The notes beneath the pieces are model-generated. The model did no database searches, had not been told where the DNA came from, and saw only the letters and a list, made by a program, of their open reading frames with translations. Position numbers and translations under genes: made by a program. DNA of 63,390 nt, counting the filler, from Folioceros fuciformis (lineage: Eukaryota): assembly GCA_049999805.1 (NCBI GenBank). It is 10 parts of 10 records of this genome, joined end to end, with 100 filler letters (N's around TTAATTAATTAA, not from the genome) between each part and the next. Parts side by side here need not be neighbours in the genome. Positions count along the whole stretch, not along the records: positions 61,523 to 63,390 come from JBNGIO010004845.1; 9 more parts are not named here. The stretch is one strand, 5' to 3'. Positions 62,809 to 63,390 of the stretch are shown here, in pieces. The first letter of the stretch is position 1. The number at the start of each line of letters is the position of its first letter.

Positions 62809-62928
62809 GCATGACAGGTCATGCATGGGCATAAAACTGCAGTCCTAATTCCACGGTCAGCTTATGTCTATGTTTTCCTACATGCTCATACACTCCCTAA
62901 CAGCCCTTCTTTCATACTCATCCATCCC

Positions 62929-63390
62929 TAGGTCTTCTCGAGCTCGTATTCGATAGGTCTTCTCGACTCGTATTCGATAGGTCTTCTTGAGTTCGTATTC
63001 GATCTTGTTCAGGTAAAGGAGCGGGCTCTTGGCTTTTAGCTCGACCTTGCATCCAAGCGTTTCGAATCGCACCAGCAACTTTCGCCACCGTGATGAGATT
63101 TGGCTTAGGTTTGGCCCACCCCTTGGCTTTTTCTCTCTCTACATGCAGTTGTGGGGTTGCCGTTGTCGATACAGGGTCCCATTTGGCACGTTGTCCTGTT
63201 GGGGGGCACCGCATTGCCACTCATGATGCAGTTCGGGATGTCATGTTCTCGATGGCTAAGGAGAATGGGTTTCTTCCGTATAGGGAGCGTCCATATACTT
63301 TGCGCAATGGGGTTTCACTTAGAGCCAACCTTTTCTTCACTAAAGGAAAACAGGTTTGTGTTGCTGATGTGGTTGTTATGGATCCCACTA
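62929..63390 (+). mobile_element. CRE-like (RLE-type) non-LTR retrotransposon, post-RT CCHC and endonuclease region
   Basis: Frame from 63000, absent from the ORF track because it runs off the end: RSCSGKGAGSWLLARP...F..VMRFGLGL...CSCG...HLARC..GGHRIATHDAVRD...RE......RANL.....ADVVVMDP. Confidence 0.85.

Overview
Eukaryotic land-plant genomic DNA, most likely a seed-free plant such as a fern (inference from a fern-like PPR motif, a divergent TRN1-like gene and RLE-type non-LTR elements). The window is ten contigs joined by artificial 100-nt linkers (N44-TTAATTAATTAA-N44), so adjacency across linkers means nothing. It is mostly nested retrotransposon debris. There are about 10 Ty1/copia pieces (one with an unbroken ~1.2 kaa gag-pol frame), Athila/Tat-like Ty3/gypsy gag, integrase and LTR pieces, an L1-type LINE ORF1, two fragments of one CRE-like RLE retrotransposon family, and several minisatellites. 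The only convincing host gene is a spliced TORNADO1-like Roc-COR GTPase (50452-53618, minus) whose LRR exons are absent from the contig. Most notable: several copia elements carry a decayed extra ORF between PBS and gag, three of them ending in a similar coiled-coil motif. Two other copia elements carry antisense ORFs between RNase H and the 3' end, one apparently spliced and one with an N-terminal transmembrane helix. All translations and comparisons were made by eye; no searches were run.
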